Sequence record: BK061479.1
Reading direction: 5' to 3' (one strand)
Length of the DNA: 39,504 bases
DNA from: Pseudomonas phage vB_PaeS-D14F
Part shown: piece after piece, positions 18,437-26,980 of the stretch
How positions within the stretch are numbered: the first letter of the stretch is position 1
Layout of the letters: each line of letters begins with the position of its first letter
Translations under genes and position numbers: made by a program
The notes under the pieces: model-generated
What the model was told of the DNA's origin: nothing
The model's database searches: none
Seen by the model: only the letters and a program-made list of their open reading frames with translations

Positions 18437-18654
18437 GCCGCCCAGAGTGAGGCGGCAGAACCGGACGATCTTTGTCGCAACCGAAAATTGGGACAAAGGC
18501 CGCGTTGGGGAGGCTTTTCTACGAAACCACGCCAACGGGCACCGTGGCAACCCCAGTAGGGCGATTTATAAAGCGTCAGCAAGGCCCGTAGAGGGGCGTA
18601 GGCCGACGAAGATAGACCTACGCCCTCGTTTGGGCCGCCAGGGGCCTAGAAACG
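18437..18654 (-). promoter_or_regulatory. non-coding G-I intergenic region, with a candidate late (P_I-like) promoter and a hairpin
   Basis: 218 bp with no ORF in any minus frame. AT-rich palindrome TTTATAAA at 18565-18572. Imperfect 11-bp stem at 18591-18627. Confidence 0.4.
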
Positions 18655-19224
18655 CTAATTCTGCAAGGTTGAGTTTATGAGGCTCATGACTCGCTGCAGC
18701 AGTTTGGCATCGTCAGTGTCCGACGTGCCCAGCCAGGGCCTGGCCGGCATGGTGATCGTGTAGGGGCCGATGCGCACGTCCTGGGCGAAGTTGCTACGGC
18801 GTTTCGGGACGAACTGTCGACCGACCTCGCCAGTACGTTCATTCATCCTGAAGTAAACCGTGCTCTGCCTCTCCTGACGTTGGATCGTGCCGCCGAACTG
18901 ATGGATAGCGCCATAAGGAAGGTTTGTACCGAACAGCAAGGTATCGCCTTCAACCTGCCCCGCCAGTTTGCGCAAGTCGCCGCTGGCGGTGAGGATCTTG
19001 TCCCTGTTTCTTCTCTTGCGAGCCTGGTAGCGAGGCGACAGTGCCGCCCAGGGCGTGCCATCCGGAGCCCTCTGAGCCACGAAGCGCGCCTGGTGGATAT
19101 CCAGTAGTGGCTCGATCAGATCTTCGAGGATCTTGGTGGGACTGCGCAGAGTCGCAGCCGCCGCGCTCAGTGCCTGTGTCACCTGCTGGCTGTCGAACTC
19201 CAGCTCGATACGTGCGCCGCTCAT
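18655..19224 (-). CDS. virion morphogenesis protein, Mu G-like (189 aa)
   Basis: Sequence family (Phage_tail_S/Mu G-like) and position after the MuF-like gene. Confidence 0.75.
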   Translation of the reverse strand: MSGARIELEFDSQQVTQALSAAAATLRSPTKILEDLIEPLLDIHQARFVAQRAPDGTPWAALSPRYQARKRRNRDKILTASGDLRKLAGQVEGDTLLFGTNLPYGAIHQFGGTIQRQERQSTVYFRMNERTGEVGRQFVPKRRSNFAQDVRIGPYTITMPARPWLGTSDTDDAKLLQRVMSLINSTLQN

Positions 19225-20471
19225 AGTCCACCCTCCACCAAAACCAAACGTCCATTGGCCAACTGCTGCCCGAGCTGCTCGACGCCGACCACGCTGCCGG
19301 ACTGGACGGCATTGCTGCGCGAGCTGCCCTGCAGGAGATAGTTGACGATCATTGAGAGCCAGCCTCCGCGTCGGCCAGAGTCGAACACGTAGACCAGAGC
19401 GTTGGATGATGCATCCAGGAGAACCGCCTGCGGCTGAGCGAGCGCCTGCGGAAGTTGCCGCAGGTCGGCCAGCGTCAGTCCAGCGAGCGCGTCGTCTACC
19501 TCTGGCTCGGTCGTCGCGGCCTTGACCAGTGGCACCAATTGCTCGTCGCGCATGCTGATCAACGCGGTCTGTGGCGTGACGCCCGCCCGTTGCATGCCAG
19601 CGACCGTCTCGGGGCTCAGCGTGCCCACGTTGCGAGCGCTGCCACGCACCACTGGCTCGGCCACGACCTCATCCAGCCAGCTTGTCCAGGAGCGCTGCAG
19701 CGCCTCCTCGACACGCTGCTCGTCCAGCAGTTGCCTGTTCATGCGTGCCGCCGGTTCGGCCGGCAGCGGCGCGGTCTTCTCCAGGGTCAGCTGCACCTGG
19801 TTCTCGAAGGCGGCTCGACCGGGTGCGTAGTTCCAGCCCGGATCGATGCCTTCCGGCACCTGGACCACCTCGCCGTGGAAAACGATGTTGCGCAGGCGGC
19901 CAGGCGGTGGTTCGTCCGGTCCCGACTTCCCCATCGCCTGCAGCTCATCCAGGCTGTAGGCCGTGACGTAGCACTCGCAGCCGAACCCCGACGGCGGATA
20001 GTGCGTCTTCCACCACGGGTTGTCGGCATGGATGTGCAGGCCATCCCATGCCAAGTGCAGCTCGCGCGGGTGCTCGACAGCGTCACTGTGGTGATAGCCC
20101 CAGTACGGCCGCGTTGCCTTCACTGCCTGCAGCTGGGCGTAGCGGCCGGCTGCGTAGCTGGTACGCAGGTTGGTGCGGTAGATCACCTGGGCACGCCAGG
20201 CGCGACCGCCGGCCGGCTCCCAGCCGTAGTTGTCCAGGACGGCGTAGTAGTCCTTCTGGAACTCCTCCAGGGTTAAGCCATCGCGGATCGCCTGACGCAC
20301 CACTGCGTAGAGATCTGCGACCAGGTCCGCACGATGGGCGCCTGCGCTCACAAACGACTGGTCATGGGCGGCACCGCGCACCGTGGCGTAGTTGACCGAG
20401 GGGTTCTTCGCCTCAAAGAAAGCGATCTGCTCGCGAAACGAGAGGCTGCCATACGTCGCCGCGGTAGCCAT
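19221..20471 (-). CDS. head morphogenesis protein, Mu F / SPP1 gp7 family (416 aa)
   Basis: Conserved MuF-domain motifs (YWGYHHSD..., GFGCECYV). Follows the portal gene. Confidence 0.85.
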   Translation of the reverse strand: MATAATYGSLSFREQIAFFEAKNPSVNYATVRGAAHDQSFVSAGAHRADLVADLYAVVRQAIRDGLTLEEFQKDYYAVLDNYGWEPAGGRAWRAQVIYRTNLRTSYAAGRYAQLQAVKATRPYWGYHHSDAVEHPRELHLAWDGLHIHADNPWWKTHYPPSGFGCECYVTAYSLDELQAMGKSGPDEPPPGRLRNIVFHGEVVQVPEGIDPGWNYAPGRAAFENQVQLTLEKTAPLPAEPAARMNRQLLDEQRVEEALQRSWTSWLDEVVAEPVVRGSARNVGTLSPETVAGMQRAGVTPQTALISMRDEQLVPLVKAATTEPEVDDALAGLTLADLRQLPQALAQPQAVLLDASSNALVYVFDSGRRGGWLSMIVNYLLQGSSRSNAVQSGSVVGVEQLGQQLANGRLVLVEGGL

Positions 20472-21949
20472 CAGGCACTACCTCGCGCGGCCAGATCGTC
20501 CTGGACGTCAGTACGTCCAGCCAGGTTCGCTGCCTGCAGGCCGACCGCCATGGCGGCCGCGTATTGATCCAGGCTCAGCTCGGGAGCAAGTTGCAGCAGT
20601 TGCTCCTGCAGCTCGTCGAGGCTGGTGGCATTGTCGACCAGAGCGCGGAGTTGCTCGCTCCAGTCCTTTACCGCCGGCTGCATGGCCTTGGCCAACTGGT
20701 CCGTCATCGCCGCGGCCGGATCGCTTCCCCCGGCACGTTCGGCAAACTCGGCGGCAGGTGAGGGGCCAGTTGGCTGACCTTGCTCCTGTTTCTGATCCTG
20801 CTCCTGGACCTCAATTCCATAGGTCTCCTGGACGTAACCCAAGGTGGGCTTGAAGCCGGAGAACCGCACTACCTTCTCGTCTCGGCTGGCCTTGGCGTCC
20901 ATGTCCTCGGGTTCTTCGACGACCCGGTAAACGCATGGCGGCTCAGCGCCGGGGAAGTTCCACTCGGTCAGCCAACGCGCGGGGCCCTGGTTGAAGCTCT
21001 CACAGATGAGGTCGGCGTCAGCCTTCACCAGGTCGAGGCGCACGTCGGCCTGCAGATCGTCGTTACCCAGGCGGCCGGGAGTGCCCTGGCTCGACGCCAC
21101 CTGGCCCAGCGTTACCTTGGCGATGGTCTCATCCATGGTGTCGTGCAGGATCTTGTAGTCGGCCGTGCCAGAGCGCGAGGCCTCCAGCAGTTCCACCAAC
21201 ATGTCCTCCGGCATGATGACACCGGTATCGGTCTGAATCGCCTGGGTGGCGGCCAGCAGCTTGGCCTTCTCCTCTGGCGTGGCGTTCTTCCCGAATTTGC
21301 CGACGGCCGTGGGCATACCGAACTTGTCCAGGAACGTGAGCCAGAACTTCAGTCCGTTGCGCTTGAAATACACCGGCCAGTACAGCCAATGGGCCAGTCC
21401 GAGGCCATAGGGCTCGTCGTCGTTGTCGGCGCCGGTCGAGAAGTGCCAAAAGTACGGCGAAGGGCACGGCTCACCCTCGAACATGTTGTTCGGCGTCAGC
21501 AAGCGCAGGCCACCCTGCAGGTCGTAACGGAAGCGGCGGCGGTTGCGCACCTTGACTGCCTGCAGGGTGATGTAGCGGTCGTCGCGGCCGTAGATCAGTT
21601 CGGACACGGCGTGGCCGTAGTACACTCCATAGAGCATGCCGTTGGTGATCCGGTCCCAGCCAACGTTCTGCAGCTGCTGCTTCAGGTGCTCAGCTGCGGC
21701 CTTGTCGATCCGGCGGTCGCCGCCGGCATCGACCTGCCATTCCTTGCTGACGACGGCCAGCTGCCGCTGGCCCCAGGTCGCCTTGACCTGAGCGTCGCGC
21801 AGCACTTCCTCGTAGATGCGCAGGTCGTTGCCGCCCCGGCGCTGCAGGATGTAGTCGCTCGGTTGCTGCAGGCCGGAGAGGAATGGACGGGTAATATCGC
21901 GGCCGTCGCCCGTGGTGGCGATCTCCTGGCCGAGCTTGGGTGGGTGCAT
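20471..21949 (-). CDS. portal protein, Mu gp29-like (DUF935), 492 aa
   Basis: Sequence family and position between TerL and MuF. Confidence 0.85.
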   Translation of the reverse strand: MHPPKLGQEIATTGDGRDITRPFLSGLQQPSDYILQRRGGNDLRIYEEVLRDAQVKATWGQRQLAVVSKEWQVDAGGDRRIDKAAAEHLKQQLQNVGWDRITNGMLYGVYYGHAVSELIYGRDDRYITLQAVKVRNRRRFRYDLQGGLRLLTPNNMFEGEPCPSPYFWHFSTGADNDDEPYGLGLAHWLYWPVYFKRNGLKFWLTFLDKFGMPTAVGKFGKNATPEEKAKLLAATQAIQTDTGVIMPEDMLVELLEASRSGTADYKILHDTMDETIAKVTLGQVASSQGTPGRLGNDDLQADVRLDLVKADADLICESFNQGPARWLTEWNFPGAEPPCVYRVVEEPEDMDAKASRDEKVVRFSGFKPTLGYVQETYGIEVQEQDQKQEQGQPTGPSPAAEFAERAGGSDPAAAMTDQLAKAMQPAVKDWSEQLRALVDNATSLDELQEQLLQLAPELSLDQYAAAMAVGLQAANLAGRTDVQDDLAARGSA

Positions 21950-23652
21950 CAGTAGCCTCCGAGGTCGGTGCGGCCGGCGACGGAGCCCCAGCCGCGGTTG
22001 GTGGTGTTACGGGTACCGGCAAGGTCTTGTTGTGCGGAGGCCCGGCGCCCAGCCGACTGGCACTCGATAGGCTGCTTGCGGCCAGCCATGTAGCTTGCTC
22101 GCACGGCCATGACCAGGCTCACGGCGCTGTCGCCATGACGCTTTGCCTTACCGCCCGCCGATTCCAGATCAGCCTTGCGGCCTTTATCGATCACTGGAAT
22201 GCCGTTCTCGACCTTGATCGAGAGAAGATCGTCCAGCGTGCTTTGGTGCCTGGACAGCTCGATGTTGAAGGCCTCGAACTCCCCTTTGAGCTTGGGCATC
22301 CACTCGGCGTACCAGGCAAGGTTGAGGCTGACCTGCTCGACCACCGCTGGGCCATACCGCAGCGCCGCCTGTTCCGCGAGGTATCCGCCGTTGCCGGTGG
22401 CATCGAAGGCCATGCCCACGACACGCGGCAGGCGATCGCAGATGAAGAACATGATGTCGCGCTGCGCTTCGTAGGTCAGGTTGCGCAGCTCGACCCGGAA
22501 CGCCTCCCGCTTGCGTAGGGTCGGCGAGATCTGCAGCGGGGTGAACACGGTCAGGTCGCCACGGCGCGCGAAGTCTTCGCCAAAGCTGTGGGTGTTCTCC
22601 GGGTCCAGCCTGGCCAGCTCTGGCAGAAGGTTTTCTTCGCACCAGGTGCGGATCTCGTCTTCCCGCATCTGTGGCGTCCAGCCTTCGAAACCTTCCGGCG
22701 CCTCGTACCGGTAGATACGGATCGAATGGTCCTGGACCATCGCCTGCTCGATGAGCACGCGAGAGAGGTAGGCGCCGCCGGACTTCTTCGGGATGCAGCC
22801 GTATTCCTCGTCGGCGGACTCGGTATTGGGGGCGTTCTTGTACAGCCCATCGCGCCACGCCTTCTCGGCCTCGGGCGACCACTCCTGACCGGTGACGAAG
22901 CAGATTCGCTTGTACAGCCCTTCGGCGATCGCATCATCCAGGGTGATGCGGTGAACGCTGTAATCCTTGCGGCCCTCGCGGGCATCCTGAATGTACTGGT
23001 TGAACGGGTTGTCGACACCGTTGTGGGTGCTGATCAGGCGGACCTTGTTACCCCACATCGTCAGAGCCAGGGCGGCCTTCAGCAGTTCCTCCAGGGACTC
23101 GTGGAACGCCGCCTCGTCGATCACCACATCGCCCTGCAGGCCGCGCAGGTTACTCGGCCGGCTGCTCAGGGCCTGGATCTTCCGCCCCGACTTCGGGAAG
23201 CGGATCATGTAGGTCAGGATCTCTTCCTTCTTCCCTTCGTCCCAGAAGGTCTGCTCGTAGACGTCAGCCTCGGCCAGCTCGTTGAAGGCGCGGGCGAACA
23301 ACGCGCAGGCGGCGATGTACTCCAGCGCCATCTCCTGCTTGCTGCCGACGTAGAAGGTGTTGCAGCCACCTCGGCGCCGCGGCTTGGCGGCATTGATCAC
23401 GTTGCGCCCGGCTTCGGCCCAGGTCAGGCCGGTGCGGCGAGACTTCTCCGCGATCATGATCGGACTCTCGTCCTCGAACCAGCGCTGCTGGTAGCCCAGG
23501 AAGACGGCGTCGTTGGATGGAATCGCCTCGGAGATCTCCTGCGGCACATTGACGCCATGCAACGCCATCTCCTCGGCCAGGTCGATCTTGCGCGACGCGC
23601 TGGTGGCCTTGAGCTTGGAGCCCAGGTTATCGGACGTTGCGTGCATGGCCAT
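21949..23652 (-). CDS. terminase large subunit (567 aa)
   Basis: Size and position after the DUF3486 small-terminase-like gene. Terminase-like N-terminal ATPase region. Confidence 0.8.
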   Translation of the reverse strand: MAMHATSDNLGSKLKATSASRKIDLAEEMALHGVNVPQEISEAIPSNDAVFLGYQQRWFEDESPIMIAEKSRRTGLTWAEAGRNVINAAKPRRRGGCNTFYVGSKQEMALEYIAACALFARAFNELAEADVYEQTFWDEGKKEEILTYMIRFPKSGRKIQALSSRPSNLRGLQGDVVIDEAAFHESLEELLKAALALTMWGNKVRLISTHNGVDNPFNQYIQDAREGRKDYSVHRITLDDAIAEGLYKRICFVTGQEWSPEAEKAWRDGLYKNAPNTESADEEYGCIPKKSGGAYLSRVLIEQAMVQDHSIRIYRYEAPEGFEGWTPQMREDEIRTWCEENLLPELARLDPENTHSFGEDFARRGDLTVFTPLQISPTLRKREAFRVELRNLTYEAQRDIMFFICDRLPRVVGMAFDATGNGGYLAEQAALRYGPAVVEQVSLNLAWYAEWMPKLKGEFEAFNIELSRHQSTLDDLLSIKVENGIPVIDKGRKADLESAGGKAKRHGDSAVSLVMAVRASYMAGRKQPIECQSAGRRASAQQDLAGTRNTTNRGWGSVAGRTDLGGY

Positions 23653-23653
23653 G

Positions 23654-24229
23654 TCAGGCTTTCCCCAGCAGGATGTCCCGGATACGTTGTTCGAGCTGCT
23701 CGCTCATGCCGTCGCTGCCACGCATCTCTTCCAAGCGCTGCTCCTGTTCCTGGAGCTGTTTCTCGCGGCCCCGCTGCTCAGCCTCTGCCTGGAACTTCTT
23801 CAGCGTGACGCTGGAGCGCGTCAGCGTCGCGATGTTCTTGGCCGCAGACGCCAGCAGTCCGACACGATCGGCCGGGTCCATCTCTTCATCACCAGCCTCC
23901 TGCAGGGAGATGATCGACTCGAACAGCTCGGACTGGATCATCGCCGTCAGCGCTTCGCTGCGTGCGTCCAGGTCGTCGCCGGCCTGGGCACGGATCAGCT
24001 TGGCCGCCTCGGTGCTGGCACGAATTGCCGCCAGCCGTCGCTCCAGCTTCTGGCCGTAGCGATGCACGGCCGCACGGCTGGGCAGCTCGCCGGCCTCGGC
24101 CTGGCTCGGGAACTGCGCCTGCAGGTCCGCGATCAGCTCGTCCAGGGTCATCCGACCATCGGCCAGGCGCCCCTCGATGTAGGCCCGGACTTGATCCGGT
24201 AGCCGGGAGATCGATGATTTCCGCCCCAT
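23654..24229 (-). CDS. DUF3486 (Mu gp27-like) putative small terminase subunit (191 aa from MGRKSSISRLP)
   Basis: Track ORF 23654..24328. The MGRKSSISRLPDQVR N-terminus is typical of DUF3486. GGTGA SD 5 nt upstream. Confidence 0.7.
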   Translation of the reverse strand: MGRKSSISRLPDQVRAYIEGRLADGRMTLDELIADLQAQFPSQAEAGELPSRAAVHRYGQKLERRLAAIRASTEAAKLIRAQAGDDLDARSEALTAMIQSELFESIISLQEAGDEEMDPADRVGLLASAAKNIATLTRSSVTLKKFQAEAEQRGREKQLQEQEQRLEEMRGSDGMSEQLEQRIRDILLGKA

Positions 24230-24234
24230 GGTCG

Positions 24235-24543
24235 TCACCAGTACTTCTTGGGGCGGGCGATGCCGGGTTCGCAGTCGATGGTGTACTCGGCGACGTCGGT
24301 GCCGTACCGGGTCAAATCGGCGAACCACTTGCCAGACGGTTCCTTGACCAGGGTCACCAGGTCACGGTCGGCCAAGTAGTCCAGCTCGCGACGGATCTCC
24401 AGCGGTGTGGCGTCGGGGTACTCGCTCTGTGCAACCGAGAGGACCGGCCCCTCGTAGGCGCCCACCGGCCGAGCATTGTTCAGGGTCAGCAGAATCAGCC
24501 AGCGCAGGGATTCCCGGCGAATCTTGGCCATATCAGTTTGCAT
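24235..24543 (-). CDS. Mu gp26-like small protein (DUF1804-like), 102 aa
   Basis: Position immediately upstream of the DUF3486 gene. Family assignment is tentative. Confidence 0.5.
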   Translation of the reverse strand: MQTDMAKIRRESLRWLILLTLNNARPVGAYEGPVLSVAQSEYPDATPLEIRRELDYLADRDLVTLVKEPSGKWFADLTRYGTDVAEYTIDCEPGIARPKKYW

Positions 24544-24922
24544 GGTTTGCTCCTACCAAGCCGCGCAGCTGCGCGTTTTCCAGTTTCGTGGCCAGGCTGT
24601 CGAGCTTCATCTCGATCACGCTCTGGCCGCGGATGTAGTCGTCGCGAAGCACGTACTGGAACGGAAGCTCGGCCTTCAGGCTCATCAGCTCTCGCTCAAC
24701 GCGCTGCCACTGGTTGGTTTCTTCCCGCGCGGCCTGCTCGATGGCGTCCAGCCGGTAGGAGAGTTGTTCATGGTTCGCCAGACGCGCCTGGTCTTGGCTT
24801 GCGAACCTCGCATCCAGGCTCTTCTGGATCTGGTTGAGCAGCAGCTTGCCGCCGCCCGCGCAGGCCCCGAGGAAGGTCAGCAGCAGAGTGATCAACTGCC
24901 ACAGTTCCAGCTCGACCTTCAT
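24533..24922 (-). CDS. membrane-anchored coiled-coil protein, Mu gp25-like (DUF2730-like), 129 aa
   Basis: N-terminal TM helix LWQLITLLLTFLGACAGG followed by a coiled coil. Sits between the lysis genes and the gp26/27-like genes. Confidence 0.5.
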   Translation of the reverse strand: MKVELELWQLITLLLTFLGACAGGGKLLLNQIQKSLDARFASQDQARLANHEQLSYRLDAIEQAAREETNQWQRVERELMSLKAELPFQYVLRDDYIRGQSVIEMKLDSLATKLENAQLRGLVGANHAN

Positions 24923-24925
24923 TCC

Positions 24926-25537
24926 CTATTCCCCTTGTTCCAGTAGTGCGTTGAGCTGAGCGAGATTGCGAAGAGACCAGGCCCCGTAGTCCTGGGCAAA
25001 GGCCAGGATGTCCGCCGGAGTGACGCCGCTTTCCAGTAGCTCGGCGTCAGAACCGGCGGCGGGCCAGGTCGCTGTTTGAGCGCCGGCGGCAGCGGCGCGC
25101 GCTCCTGCGGCGGGCAAACCGGCGCCAAGGGCGGTGTTGAAGTCGCGCACCCAGCCGCGAGTGAAGACACAGCGAGGGATAGCAGTAGGCGCAGCACCAG
25201 GTGCCGCTCGGTAGGCGGTCGATACATGGGCGATTCGCTCCTGGAGTTGGTCTCGGGTGTCGGTCAGTTGCTGCTGTACCTGCAGCAGTTGCTCCTCGGC
25301 CTGGGCGGCGCGCGCGACCTGCTGCTTGTACTGGACCAGACTGTCCTGAAGGGACTGGGCGCGTTCGTTGGTGTGCTGCAGCTGCAGGTTGAGCAGCGCA
25401 GCGTCACCCTCGGCGCGTCCGGTGGCGTACCCACGGTCGTAGCTTGCGGAGCCGTGGATCACTACGGCTGCGCTGTACAGCACCGCGATCAGCGCGATCC
25501 AGAACCAGTTGGAGCGCAGGAGACTAAGGATGCCCAT
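24926..25537 (-). CDS. Rz-like i-spanin candidate (203 aa)
   Basis: N-terminal TM (FWIALIAVLYSAAVVI) plus periplasmic coiled-coil. Downstream of the endolysin. Confidence 0.55.
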   Translation of the reverse strand: MGILSLLRSNWFWIALIAVLYSAAVVIHGSASYDRGYATGRAEGDAALLNLQLQHTNERAQSLQDSLVQYKQQVARAAQAEEQLLQVQQQLTDTRDQLQERIAHVSTAYRAAPGAAPTAIPRCVFTRGWVRDFNTALGAGLPAAGARAAAAGAQTATWPAAGSDAELLESGVTPADILAFAQDYGAWSLRNLAQLNALLEQGE

Positions 25538-25727
25538 GGCGCCCCCTTTGCCGACGGTACTTGCGCGCCTTGCGTTTTGCCCGAGCCACCCCCGACTTTC
25601 CGTGTCTCTCCCGAGGGAGCGGCGAATAGTGGAACTCTGGCCGGGCCAGCCAGTTGCGGGATGTAGCGCCGAGGGTGATCGAACCCGCCAGGCCTACAGC
25701 CAGGCAGCTCATGAGCAGGCGTTTCAT
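25524..25727 (-). CDS. small secreted, Arg-rich protein with a signal peptide (67 aa from MKRLL); possible spanin-like lysis accessory
   Basis: ATG at 25727 overlaps the endolysin TGA (ATGA). Signal-like MKRLLMSCLAVGLAGSITLGA. Could also be a frame artefact. Confidence 0.3.
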   Translation of the reverse strand: MKRLLMSCLAVGLAGSITLGATSRNWLARPEFHYSPLPRERHGKSGVARAKRKARKYRRQRGRHGHP

Positions 25728-26374
25728 AGCTGATACCTCTGGCCGCACACACCGTCGCCCCACTGCAGATAGATCCGCTCGTAGCGCAGCAGGATGAGGC
25801 GCGGGTAGTTGCGGTTCTCGCGGAAGTTGGCGGCCGAGCGCCCGGCGTTGAAGCGCTCGACGGAATCGAACCAGGCCAGCTGGTCGGCGCCGGATGCCGA
25901 GGCCAGCCTACGGTCGCGATTTACCCACCCCTGGCCGCCGTTGTAAGCGGACAGTACGAATGCCCAGCGATCACACTCGCTGGAGGCCTGGTTTCGGTCG
26001 TAGAGCCAACGGTCGTAGGTGACCAGCGCACGCAGTGCCCAGCCTGGATTGAACGGCTGATTGGTGCCGAGGACGGCCGGATACAGGCCGGCGATCCACT
26101 CAGCGGTTCCGGGCATGAACTGCGCCAGGCCCTGGGCACCAACCGGCGAGCGGGCATCAGCACGCCAACGGCTTTCCTGGTGAACCTGTGCGGCAAAGGT
26201 GGCGATCGGCGCCGACAGGCCCCATCCGGCATGGGCGCTGCGCACCAGGGTGCGCCGGTATTGCTCGGCGGCAGTGGGGATGCGATCCGCCGCGAAGGCC
26301 GGCTGGCAGGCGGTCAGCAGGCCCAGCAGGCCGAGGGTGAGCAGGCGCTTCATCCGAAGAAGCCTCCCCACCAC
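25724..26374 (-). CDS. endolysin: family-1 lytic transglycosylase (SLT domain) with a lipoprotein-type signal; likely start at 26353 (MKRLLTLG...)
   Basis: ES...GAQGLAQFMPGTA catalytic motif region. N-terminal MKRLLTLGLLGLLTAC with lipobox LTAC, followed by Q at +2. The ATG at 26353 overlaps the upstream stop (ATGA). Confidence 0.8.
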   Translation of the reverse strand: MVGRLLRMKRLLTLGLLGLLTACQPAFAADRIPTAAEQYRRTLVRSAHAGWGLSAPIATFAAQVHQESRWRADARSPVGAQGLAQFMPGTAEWIAGLYPAVLGTNQPFNPGWALRALVTYDRWLYDRNQASSECDRWAFVLSAYNGGQGWVNRDRRLASASGADQLAWFDSVERFNAGRSAANFRENRNYPRLILLRYERIYLQWGDGVCGQRYQL

Positions 26375-26508
26375 ACCAGGGCCGTCATCGCGATCACGTC
26401 GAACACGCGCTGCTTGAAGCTGATCACGTTAGTGAGGCCATCGCACGCATAGGACGTAACCAGGACCACAGCGGCCAGCACGATCCAGATGATTTGCGGG
26501 GCGCCCAT
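26350..26508 (-). CDS. small 2-TM holin/antiholin-like protein (52 aa from Met at 26508)
   Basis: Track ORF 26350..26601. Hydrophobic IIWIVLAAVVLVTSY and ALVWWGGFF. Immediately upstream of the endolysin. Confidence 0.5.
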   Translation of the reverse strand: MGAPQIIWIVLAAVVLVTSYACDGLTNVISFKQRVFDVIAMTALVWWGGFFG

Positions 26509-26510
26509 GG

Positions 26511-26807
26511 TCAGAGCCCCAGCGTCAGGCCGAGGATGCAGGCCAGCACGATCAGCCCGCGGCGCAGCCAGGCACCCACGACCACCAGGTTGGCCGAGCA
26601 TTCGTGCGGGCGGGCCACGTACGGAAACAGGCTGCGGTCGATCCAGTAGCCGGCCACTGCGCCCAGCGTCACCAGGACCAGCTTATAGGCGACGACCTGG
26701 AGCTGCTCCGGGCGAATGGCGGCGAGGATGATCAGCAGGACGAGGGTGACCAGCGTCCAGCTGGTCATACGCGGCGCGCGGCGGCGCCGGGGTTGCGGCG
26801 ATGACAT
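26511..26807 (-). CDS. holin-like membrane protein (98 aa; alternative Met at 26768)
   Basis: Three predicted TM segments. First gene of the late arm. Confidence 0.55.
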   Translation of the reverse strand: MSSPQPRRRRAPRMTSWTLVTLVLLIILAAIRPEQLQVVAYKLVLVTLGAVAGYWIDRSLFPYVARPHECSANLVVVGAWLRRGLIVLACILGLTLGL

Positions 26808-26980
26808 GACGATGCTCCCGATGGGGTGGCCATCCCTGGCCAGCTGATGGGCATCCTGCTCCTGCAGGACGCCCGGACATCATCGTCACGCGCGCGCGAA
26901 GGCTCTTTTTGGGTACCGAACAATCAATCGATAGGGCGACGGATCAGCATTGGATCTCCATCACCGAGGAGACCACTACC

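Noticed and set aside
18437-18654. Anti-CRISPR operon at the canonical G-I junction
   Set aside because: No ATG or GTG-initiated ORF of any useful length exists on the coding strand in this 218-bp gap. The slot is empty.
19221-19784. C-terminal ~190 aa of the MuF-like protein as a polymorphic-toxin cargo domain
   Set aside because: The total length (416 aa) is in the range of full-length Mu F proteins, and the region has no toxin-like motif. It is most likely the ordinary C-terminal domain.
769-23808. Many long ORFs overlapping annotated genes in other frames or strands (e.g. 769..1320, 1905..2507, 3098..4063, 9936..10901, 16089..16850, 20780..21955, 22588..23808, 32709..33632)
   Set aside because: They are typical high-GC alternative-frame artefacts: Arg/Pro/Ala/Gly-rich, without RBS or start context, and fully embedded in strongly supported phage genes.
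24533-24922. FLGAC in the 129-aa membrane protein as a lipobox, making it an o-spanin
   Set aside because: The mature part is coiled-coil rather than Pro-rich, with no further Cys. The n-region is acidic. It fits better as a Mu gp25-like single-pass membrane protein.
25685-25727. LMSC as a lipobox making the small post-endolysin ORF a lipoprotein o-spanin
   Set aside because: The Cys is only 8 residues from the N-terminus, inside the hydrophobic core, and no Cys follows. It reads better as a plain signal peptide, or the ORF is spurious.
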